In this document: positions 49,649 through 60,172 of the stretch, piece after piece
Numbering within the stretch: position 1 is the stretch's first letter
How the letters are laid out: each line of letters opens with the position of its first letter
From: Cyanobacteria bacterium P01_D01_bin.156
GTDB taxonomy: Bacteria; Cyanobacteriota; Cyanobacteriia; Phormidesmidales; Phormidesmidaceae
DNA: 64,000 bases
Direction: 5' to 3'
Assembly: GCA_039024555.1 (NCBI GenBank)
Contig: JBCCQQ010000004.1
Coordinates: 32,001-96,000 of the forward strand
Translations under genes and position numbers: made by a program
The notes under the pieces: generated by a model
Databases searched by the model: none
Seen by the model: only the letters and a program-made list of their open reading frames with translations
What the model was told of the DNA's origin: nothing

Positions 49649-51082
49649 TCAGCTACCAATGGACTTAACGGCCTGCTGAATAAACTGCTGTAGCATTTGG
49701 TCTCGGCGATTAAGCTGGTAATGTTTCTCCACAACGGCTTGCATACCGCCATCCCCCCAGCTCTGCTGATTCGCAAAATAATCTACAAAGCTTTTCCCCG
49801 CAATTCGAGTGAGGTAGGCGGCACTGGCCCCCTGCAAAAGTTTGCCTGCAACGGCGGTCGCTAAGTTTGCCTGCAGACCAACAGTTAAGAGTTTGAGGGC
49901 TCCTTTGACCAGACCTAAGCTTCCCATGGTTTTGGCAAGGGAAACAGCTAAGGTGCGAGCATCTTCGATGCTGACGGCAACACCATACACCTGCCCCAAC
50001 TCGACCACCATCTGAGTGTTAACAGCGGCAGTAGCCAGCATATCGACCACTGGCAGGGGCGTAGCAGCAAGCACCCCTGCACCAATCCACTGATAACGGT
50101 CGATAATGGTCTCGGCCTGCTGCTGTCGCTGTTGGCTAAGTACCTTTCGAGCTTCAAGACTCAGACGTTGGGACTGGAGCAATAGGTTGTTGGCAATCAG
50201 GTTACGGCCTTCGCTACGGAGAATGGTGATAATGCGATCGCTAAGCTCGCTAATATCTGGTGTAGGTTCATAGTTAGGATTAGCTGCGATCGCAACAATA
50301 TCTTGAGGCTGCATCCGCTGTTCCACCCGCTGCCGCAGACGGCCTAAAATCATCCCAATCTCATCATCAGCGTATAGATCCGCCTTGTTGAACACCAGCA
50401 AGGTGCGTTTACCCACCGACAGTAGCTGGAGCAAAATCTCATACTGAGCCCGGTGCAAATCGTTATCCACCACGTACAGCACCAGATCTGCCCGGGCAGC
50501 CAGCTCTCGACTAGGTTGGTCTATACTCCCCGCATCCAGCAATCCTGGGCTATCTGTCAAAATAATCTCTCCATCAATGGCTGGAATAGCCACCCGATAG
50601 TCACGGCGTTCGGTGGTGGTGCCCTTAGTCACCGCAGTATCCCCAACTATTTCCCCCATTAGCGCATTGGCGAGGGAAGTTTTACCCACCGACCCACTAC
50701 CCACAATCACAATATGGAGCTGTTGTTGCTCAAACGCTTGGGTCACTGTCTTGGCCCGCGCCACTAGAGCTTGTTTAGCCACTTCGTCTTCTATTTGGGT
50801 GAGCTGCTGGTCTAAGCTTTGCAGCTGAGCGACGGCGGCTTCATCGATGTTTTTTGGAACAGACGGCGGCTGGGTACGGGGTCGTAGAAACAACCAGCCA
50901 TAGTAGGCAATGGTGCCAACGGCCACCACCATGAGCAACACGATTACTGTCGTAATAGCCTGGGCTAACCAAGGATGAAGATTCGCTAGCCCAGCATACA
51001 GAGTCCCTAGGGTACTCACTAACCACAGCAGTATGCCTAGAAAGATTAGAACTGCGATCGCAACAAATAAAGGGCGCCTCAT
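49649..51082 (-). CDS. YcjF/DUF697-family GTP-binding membrane protein
   Basis: Two N-terminal TM helices; G1 GSGSVGKT, G3 DSPG and G4 NKAD; PLPVVD...MVVELGQVYG. Confidence 0.88.
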   Translation of the reverse strand: MRRPLFVAIAVLIFLGILLWLVSTLGTLYAGLANLHPWLAQAITTVIVLLMVVAVGTIAYYGWLFLRPRTQPPSVPKNIDEAAVAQLQSLDQQLTQIEDEVAKQALVARAKTVTQAFEQQQLHIVIVGSGSVGKTSLANALMGEIVGDTAVTKGTTTERRDYRVAIPAIDGEIILTDSPGLLDAGSIDQPSRELAARADLVLYVVDNDLHRAQYEILLQLLSVGKRTLLVFNKADLYADDEIGMILGRLRQRVEQRMQPQDIVAIAANPNYEPTPDISELSDRIITILRSEGRNLIANNLLLQSQRLSLEARKVLSQQRQQQAETIIDRYQWIGAGVLAATPLPVVDMLATAAVNTQMVVELGQVYGVAVSIEDARTLAVSLAKTMGSLGLVKGALKLLTVGLQANLATAVAGKLLQGASAAYLTRIAGKSFVDYFANQQSWGDGGMQAVVEKHYQLNRRDQMLQQFIQQAVKSIGS

Positions 51083-51197
51083 CTGTAATGTGCTCGCCTA
51101 TCGCCGATATTCATAAAATCAAGCTGCCGATTTTATAGTTGCACTAGCTTAGCGTCTTACTATACATAGGGTACGAAAAAGGACACCTTAAATTTCC

Positions 51198-51710
51198 ATG
51201 GGTATATTTGATCAAGTCATGGGAGCCATCCAGGATCCCAATCGCGAAGCAAGCCTCGGTCAGCTGGGCCAAATTGTATCGATGGCGCAGCAGGTTTCCC
51301 AGGCTAGTAATGCCAACAGTTCAACAACTCAGCAAGCTGCCTCGATAGTCGGTGGCTTTGTCAAGTCAGCACTGCAGGAGAAACAACAGTCCCAGGGTCT
51401 AGATGCCGTTCTAGATCTAGTCCAGCAGGGTACAACGGATGGAGCTGGTGTACTACCTAAGCTATTCAGCCCTGCCCAGCAAAGCACTGTCGCTACTGCT
51501 GTGGCAGAGAAAACTGGCCTTGATGCGGCTCAAGTACAGTCAATGTTACCGATGGTAATTCCCATTGTGATGCAGTTTCTCAACCAGGGTGCTGCCAAAC
51601 CTGGCAGTCAAGCCCAAGGCAATCCATTGGTCAGCGCGTTTCTAGATGGTGACGGCGATGGTGATGTAGACATGGGCGACATACTCAAAATGGCCGGACG
51701 TTTTTTGTAG
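51198..51710 (+). CDS. DUF937-like protein with EF-hand-like tail
   Basis: MGIFDQVMGAI, AEKTGLDAAQVQSMLP and FLDGDGDGDVDMGD. Confidence 0.8.
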   Translation: MGIFDQVMGAIQDPNREASLGQLGQIVSMAQQVSQASNANSSTTQQAASIVGGFVKSALQEKQQSQGLDAVLDLVQQGTTDGAGVLPKLFSPAQQSTVATAVAEKTGLDAAQVQSMLPMVIPIVMQFLNQGAAKPGSQAQGNPLVSAFLDGDGDGDVDMGDILKMAGRFL

Positions 51711-51768
51711 GCCGATTATTTAAGGAGCAAGGGGCATCAATTTAAGCCGGGAAATCTCGGCTAGGACT

Positions 51769-51837
51769 GAATTTAGAAGTCAGAGTTCGGAAGTCAGAAG
51801 GGGAGGGCATTCCAAACTCCGAATTCCGAATTCCGAA
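51769..51837. repeat. Short heptamer tandem repeats (STRR-like), two arrays in inverted orientation
   Basis: GAATTTA-GAAGTCA-GAGTTCG-GAAGTCA, then ATTCCAA-ACTCCGA-ATTCCGA-ATTCCGA. Confidence 0.65.
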
Positions 51838-51974
51838 CGCTAAGTTCTTGGGAAAATCGTCCTGCTTTAAGTTAGTACCCGGAGCAAGCATTATCAGCTT
51901 TTGCTTGCTCTGACCTTGCCCCCGGCCTAGCTGTATAGTGCTCTTAATAGAAAACATCGTTTAGAGCACGCATT

Positions 51975-52430
51975 ATGGTGGGTGGTAACAAAAATAGCAA
52001 TCGCTGGAACTGGCTAAGCGCTCAAAGCTTTTTACACGGCATCGATGGAGTTGAAACAATTGTTTCAAAACTGCTGAGTATTGCCATGTTAGTCGTGATT
52101 TTTGTGATCATGATTGACCTAGCCAAGTTTTTGGCTGTTGCACTACTCGAACCTAGCGCATCGGGTTTTTTCAAAAATACCCTGAGTGAGATTTTTGGCC
52201 TCTTCCTCAGTGTTTTAATTGCTCTAGAGATTTTAGAAAATATTACCGCCTACCTAAAAAAGCATGTGGTGCAGGTAGAACTGGTGATTGTTACTTCACT
52301 AACAGCAGTCGCTCGTAAGATCATCATTCTGGATCTAGAAAAGATTACTGGGGTTAGCCTAATCGGTCTAGCCATAGCGATCCTATCTCTTTCCATAAGT
52401 TATTGGATTGTGAGAAATATCCACAAATGA
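51975..52430 (+). CDS. Phosphate-starvation-inducible PsiE family protein
   Basis: IFGLFLSVLIALEILENITAYL...VELVIVTSLTAVARKIII; 4 TM helices. Confidence 0.88.
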   Translation: MVGGNKNSNRWNWLSAQSFLHGIDGVETIVSKLLSIAMLVVIFVIMIDLAKFLAVALLEPSASGFFKNTLSEIFGLFLSVLIALEILENITAYLKKHVVQVELVIVTSLTAVARKIIILDLEKITGVSLIGLAIAILSLSISYWIVRNIHK

Positions 52431-52447
52431 GATTGCTGTAGACAACA

Positions 52448-54943
52448 TTAACTCTCACGATATTGTTGTAATACCCAGCGACGAAATAGGGGAACAATAA
52501 TTCGCCAGTGAGATTTTTCTTCAGTTACCACATCGTGACGTGCTAGAGTTTGCAGCGCATTCAACACGTCTGGCTTCTTTAACTTTGTTTTACGGGCAAT
52601 AGCTTCGATAGGTAGCCCCGTAGGTTCATCGGCCAAGACCTTTAGGGCTGATTGCTGGTGTGGCGTATCCTGACCCGCCTGGTTCCAGACACCTGTGAAG
52701 TAGTAACGGCCTTTGCTATACAGGTCAGTGTTTTCGGTAACCTGCCACAGGTCGTCATGGGTAAATGTTGGCGGACGGTCGGTGTTTTGTTCGAAGCGTT
52801 GGTGGTTGTAGAGGCGCACGAGCTGGAAGCCCAGGAGCTGGGTGAGGTAAGGTTGGCCTGCGGTGAAGCTATAGATTTCGTCTAGGACGCCGGGGGCATA
52901 GTCGAGGGTGAAATCTGGGTTTGGGTTGGCGACGAGCTGGCGGGTGGCGGACTGGCTAAGGTAGTCAACGTGGATGGGGAGGACACTGGCGAAGAAGGGG
53001 TTGAAGTAGTCTTCGGTCATTTCTTCGAGGGTGTGGAGTCCGGCGAAGGCAAAGCCAATGTGAGGGCTGAGCTGAACCAGGCCGCGTAAGTACTTTATGA
53101 ACTCCGGGGTAAGGCTTTTATCTTTGATCAGTTCTTCAAGCTGTTCGAATTCATCTAGAGCAATGATTAAGCCTGTGCCGTTGAGGTGTTTAATGACATC
53201 TTGCAAGTACCGTTTGAAGGTGATTTCCGGTAAACGCAGTAGGTCATCATCTTTAGGAGCAGGCAGATCAACCACTTTAGCAATTGCGTCGCTGATGGTG
53301 ATCAGAACTTCGCCTGAGCCTTCGGTAACGTGACCAAGGGTGAGGAGATTCACATAAACAACTTTGGGATTGTTGCCGAGACATACTGAAAGATTTCGCA
53401 GGATAGAGGTTTTGCCCATGCGGCGATGGCCATAGAGCACCACGGACTGGAGCTGTTCACCCATGAGCCATAGTTCTTGAAGCTGTTTGAGGATGTCTTC
53501 ACGACCAACAAACAGATCGCCCTCTACGGGGTCGCCAGCAACGTAGGGGTTTGTAACTGGTTGACTGTAGTCCACTTCGCCTACATCCGCTGCTAATTCG
53601 AGAAAGTCATTCCGCCAACTTTTGGCAATGTCCAGAATGAGGTCTTTTTCAGCATTGGGTAAGTCATCGGGATGGTCCAGGATATTGACCAGGGCACCGA
53701 GGGCACGGTTTAGAGCTAGGGAACGGGTTGCACGAGAATAGCTTTGGAGCATGAGCTGGGCATTGTCTGCTGCATGACGGAGCTGGGCCATGGCTTGCCA
53801 AGTATCAGGCCGAAGAAGATGCTCCTTGGGAAGCTGGTGGTGGGCTAGGGCGGATTTTTGTTCGAGTGTTTTAGCATCCTGGGCTGTGGTCAGACAGCAG
53901 GCAAGCTGGTACATTTCTTCCCCATGGGGAATATGGCGAACCGTATCGAATGCTTCAGCTGCTCTAGATGGAGATTTATCATGGAGTAGCCAAAAACCAG
54001 CAGTCACAGACCGATAAGGTAAATCCAGTCGAAATGAGGAGTCAAATCGTTTTCTTAAGTTCCGTCTACCCGGCAATATGAATAAATTGTCAATAAACTC
54101 TTCTTTTAGCTTGTTGGTAAGGGAAGCTGATAAGTAACGTAGAACATTCCAGTCAAAAGGCTCTAAAGCTAAAATAGCCGTTCTCGAAAAGAGATTTTTA
54201 TCTGGCACTTTAGCTAAACTCTCTTCAAGGCTTTTCACAACAGGGATGAACTGTTGTGTATAGGCTAATAACTGATTTGTGTTGTAAATTCCTGTATCCC
54301 AATCATGGGATAACCAATGTTCTAGGCCTTTTTGAAGTCCTTTCCATGGAATGTAGGTAATGCGATCGCTAATTATCGGTCGATCATATTGGCCACCTAA
54401 CCCCAAGAAACTTACCATAGCCTCAGGACGAAGAACCGCAACGCCGAACGCAACGCCTAACGCAACGCCGAACGCAACGCCGAACGCAACGCCGAACGTA
54501 ACGCCGAACGCAACGCCTCCCGCAACGCCTCCCGCAACGCCGAACGCAACGCCTCCCGCAACGCCGAACGCAACGCCTCCCGCAACGCCGAACGCAACGC
54601 CTAACGCAACGCCGAACGCAACGCCTAACGCAACGTAAAACCAATTAATGGGAATCCCCAGTTCTGCCAACAAGATTGCTATTAAGGGCGGAGTAATAGT
54701 AGTCAATACCCCCCCCTGCAGCCAAAGATTTCGCTCATGTTTAGCTGTCTGAAACCATTGGAAGCGTTCTTGCCAAGTATCACAATCTCTCAATTGTTGC
54801 CCAATACCAAACTTGGTTTCGTACCAGCGCAGCGCCTGGGGGAAAAAGAACACCCAGTACAACAGCAATAAATAATCCAAAGGATTCCATAGGGAAAGAG
54901 GTTTTCGCCGTTTGGGAGCAAGATCTAATCTGGGTACTGCCAT
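52448..54943 (-). CDS. Membrane-associated STAND-like AAA+ ATPase with (GVAF)n repeat and C-terminal wHTH
   Basis: [16 protein letters not shown], Walker A GHRRMGKT, Walker [19 protein letters not shown] and a C-terminal winged helix (...VPLFRRW). Confidence 0.85.
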   Translation of the reverse strand: MAVPRLDLAPKRRKPLSLWNPLDYLLLLYWVFFFPQALRWYETKFGIGQQLRDCDTWQERFQWFQTAKHERNLWLQGGVLTTITPPLIAILLAELGIPINWFYVALGVAFGVALGVAFGVAGGVAFGVAGGVAFGVAGGVAGGVAFGVTFGVAFGVAFGVALGVAFGVAVLRPEAMVSFLGLGGQYDRPIISDRITYIPWKGLQKGLEHWLSHDWDTGIYNTNQLLAYTQQFIPVVKSLEESLAKVPDKNLFSRTAILALEPFDWNVLRYLSASLTNKLKEEFIDNLFILPGRRNLRKRFDSSFRLDLPYRSVTAGFWLLHDKSPSRAAEAFDTVRHIPHGEEMYQLACCLTTAQDAKTLEQKSALAHHQLPKEHLLRPDTWQAMAQLRHAADNAQLMLQSYSRATRSLALNRALGALVNILDHPDDLPNAEKDLILDIAKSWRNDFLELAADVGEVDYSQPVTNPYVAGDPVEGDLFVGREDILKQLQELWLMGEQLQSVVLYGHRRMGKTSILRNLSVCLGNNPKVVYVNLLTLGHVTEGSGEVLITISDAIAKVVDLPAPKDDDLLRLPEITFKRYLQDVIKHLNGTGLIIALDEFEQLEELIKDKSLTPEFIKYLRGLVQLSPHIGFAFAGLHTLEEMTEDYFNPFFASVLPIHVDYLSQSATRQLVANPNPDFTLDYAPGVLDEIYSFTAGQPYLTQLLGFQLVRLYNHQRFEQNTDRPPTFTHDDLWQVTENTDLYSKGRYYFTGVWNQAGQDTPHQQSALKVLADEPTGLPIEAIARKTKLKKPDVLNALQTLARHDVVTEEKSHWRIIVPLFRRWVLQQYRES
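54437..54635. repeat. 12-bp coding tandem repeat (CGCAACGCCGAA and variants), 16 full units plus 7 nt
   Basis: Units end in GAA, TAA or TCC. On the minus strand they encode [12 protein letters not shown]. Confidence 0.95.
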
Positions 54944-54948
54944 CGCAC

Positions 54949-56460
54949 CTATTCCTCTTGATACCTTGCATACAGCTCAAATCCACCCCGCACAACATCA
55001 CGGGGATTACCTCGACTATTTTGGATTAGTTGTTGTAGTTCTATTTCTGAGAACCATACTCCGGTCCCCTCCAGTCGCGTTCGAATAAATGTTTGAATCT
55101 CCTCCTCTGACCAGGGGGGCATCATCACCGGCTGAAACACCCCACCAATAGGCGACGTCATCAGCCCATCATGACTATCTGGAAACAAAATATCCAACGG
55201 TTTAGAGGCTGCCATCACCAATTTTAGCGGGGCTCTACTTCCCTCTGCTAAACCTCGTAGCTGAGAGAGTATTTGTTTTGTGAAATTCTCCCACTGCATT
55301 TTCTCAACTACATCTAACAGAAGAAGCGCTGGTTCCCTAGTCTGTAATTTTCTTGTCAGCGCAAAGCTTTTACAGGTTTCGATTTTGAGAAAATGGCAAA
55401 GCGCTTCGTAAAAATCATCCTCACTGTCAATTCCCCAATTAAAGTCGATATATACAGGCTCACGCTGAACAGCTAATGTGCTTAACGCATTACGTTCTAT
55501 CGCCTTGAGTAATGATGATTTTCCAATTTTGCGTGGCCCTACCAGTTCCACATTGGAGCCACTGTTTAGAAGAGCAAATATCTCTCGAAGCAAAGCTTTT
55601 CGCTCAAAAAATAGTTCAGGCTCTTCAATCCGCCCTTCAGGATAGCTAAATGGATTTGGTTGAACACCTGAACTGTCAATGACTGACGTTGGAATAGTTA
55701 TAATATTTGCCGATTGACTTTTCAATATTGCCTTAACTTCCTGTACTTCCTGAAGCAGTTGTTCCGTATTTTGGTCTGTAGATTTTGCATAGGTCAAAAG
55801 CGCTTGATCATTTTGGGCCAGACCTTTCATCAGCGACATCTGCACAAAATTCAACAGCACCTCATGCTCGCTTACCTGTTGAGCAAAGCATGCGTATACC
55901 TGGGTCGCCAATCGCTCCCTTAGCACCTCCCCATAGCAACCAGGTGCCATATCAGGTGCAACTGCTAATTGATTAGTAGCCGCTACCAATGGTGATATAG
56001 CATTTGACTGGGCTATTGCGACTACATCATCTAAACCAGCCAGGTTCAGTGCTGGCAAAGATACCTTATTTTGTTTTATCTCTCCGATTTGCCGCTGTAA
56101 ACGCTCTATGTATGCGTTGTACCAACTAACATCCTCCGCTTTTTCCTTTGGAGGGACTACCTGCCCACGATAAATTTGAGGGTTTGGACCAAGCAGCTGA
56201 TTCCGACAATCCTGAGCAATGTCCAATAGCGCCTGTTGGTACGATAACCACAACGCCTGAGTAACCTGTTCCGTTAACGGCGAACGATCCTGCTTGAGCT
56301 GCTGTATCAGCGACCATGGAGCCATCGCTACCGCATCGGCTCGGTTGCCCACTACTGCATCCAGCAATTTGCCAAGTTCTGTTTCTTGCCCAGACGCTTG
56401 GGCAACCAGATTTTTCCCGATGATCCCCACGGCCAAGACTATTAGGCTGTCGAGTGCCAA
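54949..56460 (-). CDS. STAND-like ATPase with an N-terminal helical domain of unknown family
   Basis: NPF...GRI..PELFFER, Walker A GPRKIGKS, Walker B LLLLDVVE and SRGNP. Probable TTG start at 56460 after GGAG (the ORF track start is 56571). Confidence 0.82.
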   Translation of the reverse strand: MALDSLIVLAVGIIGKNLVAQASGQETELGKLLDAVVGNRADAVAMAPWSLIQQLKQDRSPLTEQVTQALWLSYQQALLDIAQDCRNQLLGPNPQIYRGQVVPPKEKAEDVSWYNAYIERLQRQIGEIKQNKVSLPALNLAGLDDVVAIAQSNAISPLVAATNQLAVAPDMAPGCYGEVLRERLATQVYACFAQQVSEHEVLLNFVQMSLMKGLAQNDQALLTYAKSTDQNTEQLLQEVQEVKAILKSQSANIITIPTSVIDSSGVQPNPFSYPEGRIEEPELFFERKALLREIFALLNSGSNVELVGPRKIGKSSLLKAIERNALSTLAVQREPVYIDFNWGIDSEDDFYEALCHFLKIETCKSFALTRKLQTREPALLLLDVVEKMQWENFTKQILSQLRGLAEGSRAPLKLVMAASKPLDILFPDSHDGLMTSPIGGVFQPVMMPPWSEEEIQTFIRTRLEGTGVWFSEIELQQLIQNSRGNPRDVVRGGFELYARYQEE

Positions 56461-56672
56461 ACCACAACTCCATACATCACCGCCTATTAAGGTAACCCCA
56501 AAAAAGCAAGAATGCCGTCGATATGTACAGCTTGTAGTAGATGAAGTAACCTCATGCAACAAAAGTTGCAAAAACTTACTGAATCTAACACCAGACCCTA
56601 AAACTTTATGACAGTCGCGGTTTTAGTGAGCCCCCAACGATAGGATCTCAGCACAATCCTCATCCGCTAGTC

Positions 56673-57020
56673 ATGACCGAACAACTCACCCTCAATCTAG
56701 TTCAAGGTTCAGTGCAGTTTAGTTTTTCCGTAGCTGCAGCCCAAGAACTTAAAAGTACCCTGACCACACTAACCCAAACTCTAAAAGCTTCAGCAGCAGC
56801 TACCGTCGGCGCAGGCCGACCCAAGCCAGTCAAGCCCACCGAATACCGTCATACCGGGGACGTATTTTTAGAAATTTTCTGTAATCCAAACATCTGGCCT
56901 AGCCCCTTTGCTGCCAAGTTATTGGTAACTGTCCGAGACGACAAAATTCGCTTAACTACAGAGGCAGAACTCACCCGCATTATTGAAGATGTGAATCTGT
57001 ATCTGGAACAACACGGATAA
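56673..57020 (+). CDS. Conserved-type cyanobacterial hypothetical protein
   Basis: LTLNLVQGSVQF...VFLEIFCNPNIWPSPFAAK; a clean ORF convergent on secA. Confidence 0.8.
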   Translation: MTEQLTLNLVQGSVQFSFSVAAAQELKSTLTTLTQTLKASAAATVGAGRPKPVKPTEYRHTGDVFLEIFCNPNIWPSPFAAKLLVTVRDDKIRLTTEAELTRIIEDVNLYLEQHG

Positions 57021-57034
57021 AAATCAGCAAAAAA

Positions 57035-57134
57035 GTAGGGGTACGGCCTTGTGCCTACCCCTTTAGATATTGAATGCATTAAACAAAGATCTCAAAAATC
57101 TTAGAAGGGGGCATCCACAAGGGAGTGCCCCTAC
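57035..57134. repeat. Inverted pair of GTAG-type REP elements (BIME-like)
   Basis: GTAGGGGTACGGCCTTGTGCCTACCCC (57035-57061, plus strand) and GTAGGGGCACTCCCTTGTGGATGCCCCC (57134-57107, minus strand). Both form hairpins with a CTTGT loop. Confidence 0.75.
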
Positions 57135-57143
57135 AAGGATTTT

Positions 57144-59954
57144 CTAGACAACTTCTACATCGATGGGACCATCAGCAGGTTCAGGTTGCTTAGGCTGCTG
57201 GGGCTGGAACTGAAACATGGTGTAAACCACATTACGCCGAATACCCGTCATCATATCCAAAAAGACCTCGTAACCTTCGCTCTTATATTCAATTAGTGGA
57301 TCCTTTTGACCATAGCCTCGTAGACCAACTGTCTCCCGTAGCGCATCCATCTGCTGCAAATGCTCACGCCATAGGGTATCCACCTGCTGCAGAATAAAGA
57401 AACGCTCTGCTTCACGCATCAGACCGGGCTTCATCTTATCCACCTGGCCTTCCTTAATATCGTAGGCAATATGAACCTGCTCCCTTAGGAAGGTTTTAAT
57501 CTCTCCCATGGAAAGGTTCTCAAGCTGGTCGGCAGTCAGGTCTTCTAACAAGTAAATAAACTCTTTCACCTTGCCAACAATATTCTCTAGATCCCATTCT
57601 TCGGGAGGTAGCTCAGGATTGATGTAGGCGTCAACAATGTCATCCATGGTTTGTTCACCATAGCCGATGACCAGTTCCTTCAGCTTGTCCCCCTCTAGCA
57701 CCCGCCGTCGCTCAGCATAAATGGCTCGACGCTGGTTATTCATCACCTCGTCGTATTCAAATACCTGTTTACGAATGTCGTAGTAATAGGTTTCTACTTT
57801 CTTTTGTGCCCCTTCCAAGGAACGCGTCAGCATTCCTGACTCGATGGGCATGTCTTCTTCCACACGGAAGGCATTCATTAGCCCCGCCACACGATCACCA
57901 CCAAAGATACGCAGCAGATTATCTTCCAAGCTGAGGAAGAATTTCGTAGAGCCTGGGTCCCCTTGACGACCGGCTCGGCCTCTTAACTGGTTATCTACCC
58001 GTCGAGATTCATGACGTTCGGTACCAATTACATGGAGACCACCCAGCTCGATGACCTTATCGTGCTCGGCATCGGTAAACGATTCGTACTCAGCCAAAAT
58101 TTGCTTGTACACATCCCGCAATTTTTGAATAGCCGGATCTTCGGTAGGGGCTTTTTCCGCAGCGGTGGCGATTTTGTCTTCGGCTTCTAGCTCTGACAGG
58201 CTCTGGGGACCGTAGGTTTTGACCGCAAAAGCAACGGCATCTTTAAGAGCTTTCTCAGTTTCGTTAGATAGCTCAGTGGGGAAAATTTCAGGAGACGCTT
58301 TCCACGTCTTCTTCTTTTTGCCGTTACTCTGGAAGCCCTTAGCAGAGGTACGTCCACCCGCTGCTGCTGCAACTCGGGCTACACCAAAGCCCTGCTCATC
58401 ATCAGGGCGCACAACTTTGGGCATCAAATATTCCCGCATTTTTAGGCGGGCCATATAGTCGGCATTACCACCAAGAATAATGTCCGTGCCGCGACCAGCC
58501 ATGTTTGTGGCAATGGTGACGGCCCCGCTACGTCCTGCCTGGGCAACAATTTCAGATTCTCGCTCAACATTTTCTGGTTTTGCATTCAGCAGGTTGTGGG
58601 GAACGCTTAGCTGCTGCAACAGCCCAGACAACAATTCGGACTTTTCAACGCTGGTGGTGCCCACCAGGACCGGTCGTCCGGTTTCGTGCATATCAGCACA
58701 TTCCTGGGCTAGAGCCTTCCACTTGGCTGGCTCTGTTTTATAGACCACGTCCGATACGTCCTGACGGGCAATGGGACGGTTGGTCGGAATAATAGTGACT
58801 TCGATATCGTAAATCTTTTCGAATTCCGCTTCTTCAGTCTTGGCTGTACCGGTCATCCCCGACAGTTTGTCGTACAGCAGGAAGAAATTCTGATAGGTAA
58901 TCGATGCCAGAGTCTGGGTCTCGGGCTGGATATCAACGTGCTCTTTGGCTTCAATGGCCTGGTGTAAACCATCGCTCCAGCGCCGACCGGGCATCACACG
59001 ACCGGTAAATTCGTCAACGATAACAATTTCGCTATTACGGACAATGTAGTTGACGTCTTTAACGAACAGCTCTTTGGCTTTCACAGCGTTAAACACAAAG
59101 TGAGCCCAGGGATCTTTAGGATCGAAGAGGTCATTAACGCCCAGAAGATTTTCTGCTTGTTCAAAGCCTTCGTCCGTTAGCAGAACGTTACGGGCTTTTT
59201 CGTCTACTTCATAGTGAGTTTCAGCATCCAGCTGACGAGCTATTTCAGCAGCCCGCTCGTATTTTTCCTGGGGCCGGTCTACCTGACCAGAAATGATCAA
59301 AGGCGTACGGGCTTCATCCACCAAAATGGAGTCCACTTCGTCAATGATGCAGTAGTTAAAGGGGCGCTGGACCACTTCCTCAATGGAGGAGGCCATGTTA
59401 TCCCGCAGGTAGTCAAAACCAAACTCGCTGTTAGTACCGTAGGTAATGTCGCAGTTGTAGTTTTTGCGACGTTCGCTAGGGCTCATACCCTGCTGAATCA
59501 GTCCCACCGACAGTCCGAGAAAACGGTGCACCTGTCCCATCCACTCAGCGTCACGACGGGCTAGGTAGTCGTTAACCGTGACCACGTGTACCCCTTTCCC
59601 CGACAACGCGTTTAGGTAGGCGGGCAGCGTGGCTACCAGGGTTTTACCCTCACCGGTTTTCATCTCGGCGATCTGGCCATCGTGGAGCACCATACCGCCA
59701 ATCAGCTGCACATCGTAGTGCCGCATGCCCAGGACTCGCATGCCTGCTTCTCGCACCACGGCAAATGCCTCGGTGAGCAGGTCATCAAGGTCTTCGCCCT
59801 GCTCAAGGCGCTGTTTAAATTCAGCAGTCTTACCACGCAGTTCGTCATCGGAGAGGGCCTTGATATCCTCTTCGAGGAGGGCAATTTCCTTAACGTCAGG
59901 TTGGTAGCGCTTGAGCTTGCGGGCGTTTGGATCGCCTAAAAGTCGTTTCAGCAT
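57144..59954 (-). CDS. secA: Preprotein translocase ATPase SecA
   Basis: [41 protein letters not shown] and [13 protein letters not shown]. Confidence 0.99.
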   Translation of the reverse strand: MLKRLLGDPNARKLKRYQPDVKEIALLEEDIKALSDDELRGKTAEFKQRLEQGEDLDDLLTEAFAVVREAGMRVLGMRHYDVQLIGGMVLHDGQIAEMKTGEGKTLVATLPAYLNALSGKGVHVVTVNDYLARRDAEWMGQVHRFLGLSVGLIQQGMSPSERRKNYNCDITYGTNSEFGFDYLRDNMASSIEEVVQRPFNYCIIDEVDSILVDEARTPLIISGQVDRPQEKYERAAEIARQLDAETHYEVDEKARNVLLTDEGFEQAENLLGVNDLFDPKDPWAHFVFNAVKAKELFVKDVNYIVRNSEIVIVDEFTGRVMPGRRWSDGLHQAIEAKEHVDIQPETQTLASITYQNFFLLYDKLSGMTGTAKTEEAEFEKIYDIEVTIIPTNRPIARQDVSDVVYKTEPAKWKALAQECADMHETGRPVLVGTTSVEKSELLSGLLQQLSVPHNLLNAKPENVERESEIVAQAGRSGAVTIATNMAGRGTDIILGGNADYMARLKMREYLMPKVVRPDDEQGFGVARVAAAAGGRTSAKGFQSNGKKKKTWKASPEIFPTELSNETEKALKDAVAFAVKTYGPQSLSELEAEDKIATAAEKAPTEDPAIQKLRDVYKQILAEYESFTDAEHDKVIELGGLHVIGTERHESRRVDNQLRGRAGRQGDPGSTKFFLSLEDNLLRIFGGDRVAGLMNAFRVEEDMPIESGMLTRSLEGAQKKVETYYYDIRKQVFEYDEVMNNQRRAIYAERRRVLEGDKLKELVIGYGEQTMDDIVDAYINPELPPEEWDLENIVGKVKEFIYLLEDLTADQLENLSMGEIKTFLREQVHIAYDIKEGQVDKMKPGLMREAERFFILQQVDTLWREHLQQMDALRETVGLRGYGQKDPLIEYKSEGYEVFLDMMTGIRRNVVYTMFQFQPQQPKQPEPADGPIDVEVV

Positions 59955-60172
59955 GTCTGGGCAATAAACGGCGAGTGTGGGTACTATACCCCGGTTCCTA
60001 TCTTATCTAGATATCCTAAGTCGATAAACCCCCTTCTGTACTCCCTGATTAGGGACGGTTTCCCTCACTCGCGATCGCATTAATTGCAATTGATTAAGTG
60101 CTATCACCATTCGGTTAATCCCGCCATCAGTTGTGGAAACATAAGGCCAATAGGTCCTAGGAGCTTCCAAGC

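Noticed and set aside
54437..54635. Possible CRISPR array
   Set aside because: The 12-bp units are contiguous with no unique spacers and lie in frame inside a CDS; no cas genes are present.
54360..54644. ORFs encoding (ATPN)n and (CVRR)n repeats
   Set aside because: They are alternative-frame readings of the tandem repeat within the ATPase gene.
2067..59939. Numerous 60-170 aa ORFs nested in or antisense to long genes
   Set aside because: They fully overlap well-supported CDSs and carry no motifs, so I treated them as shadow ORFs.
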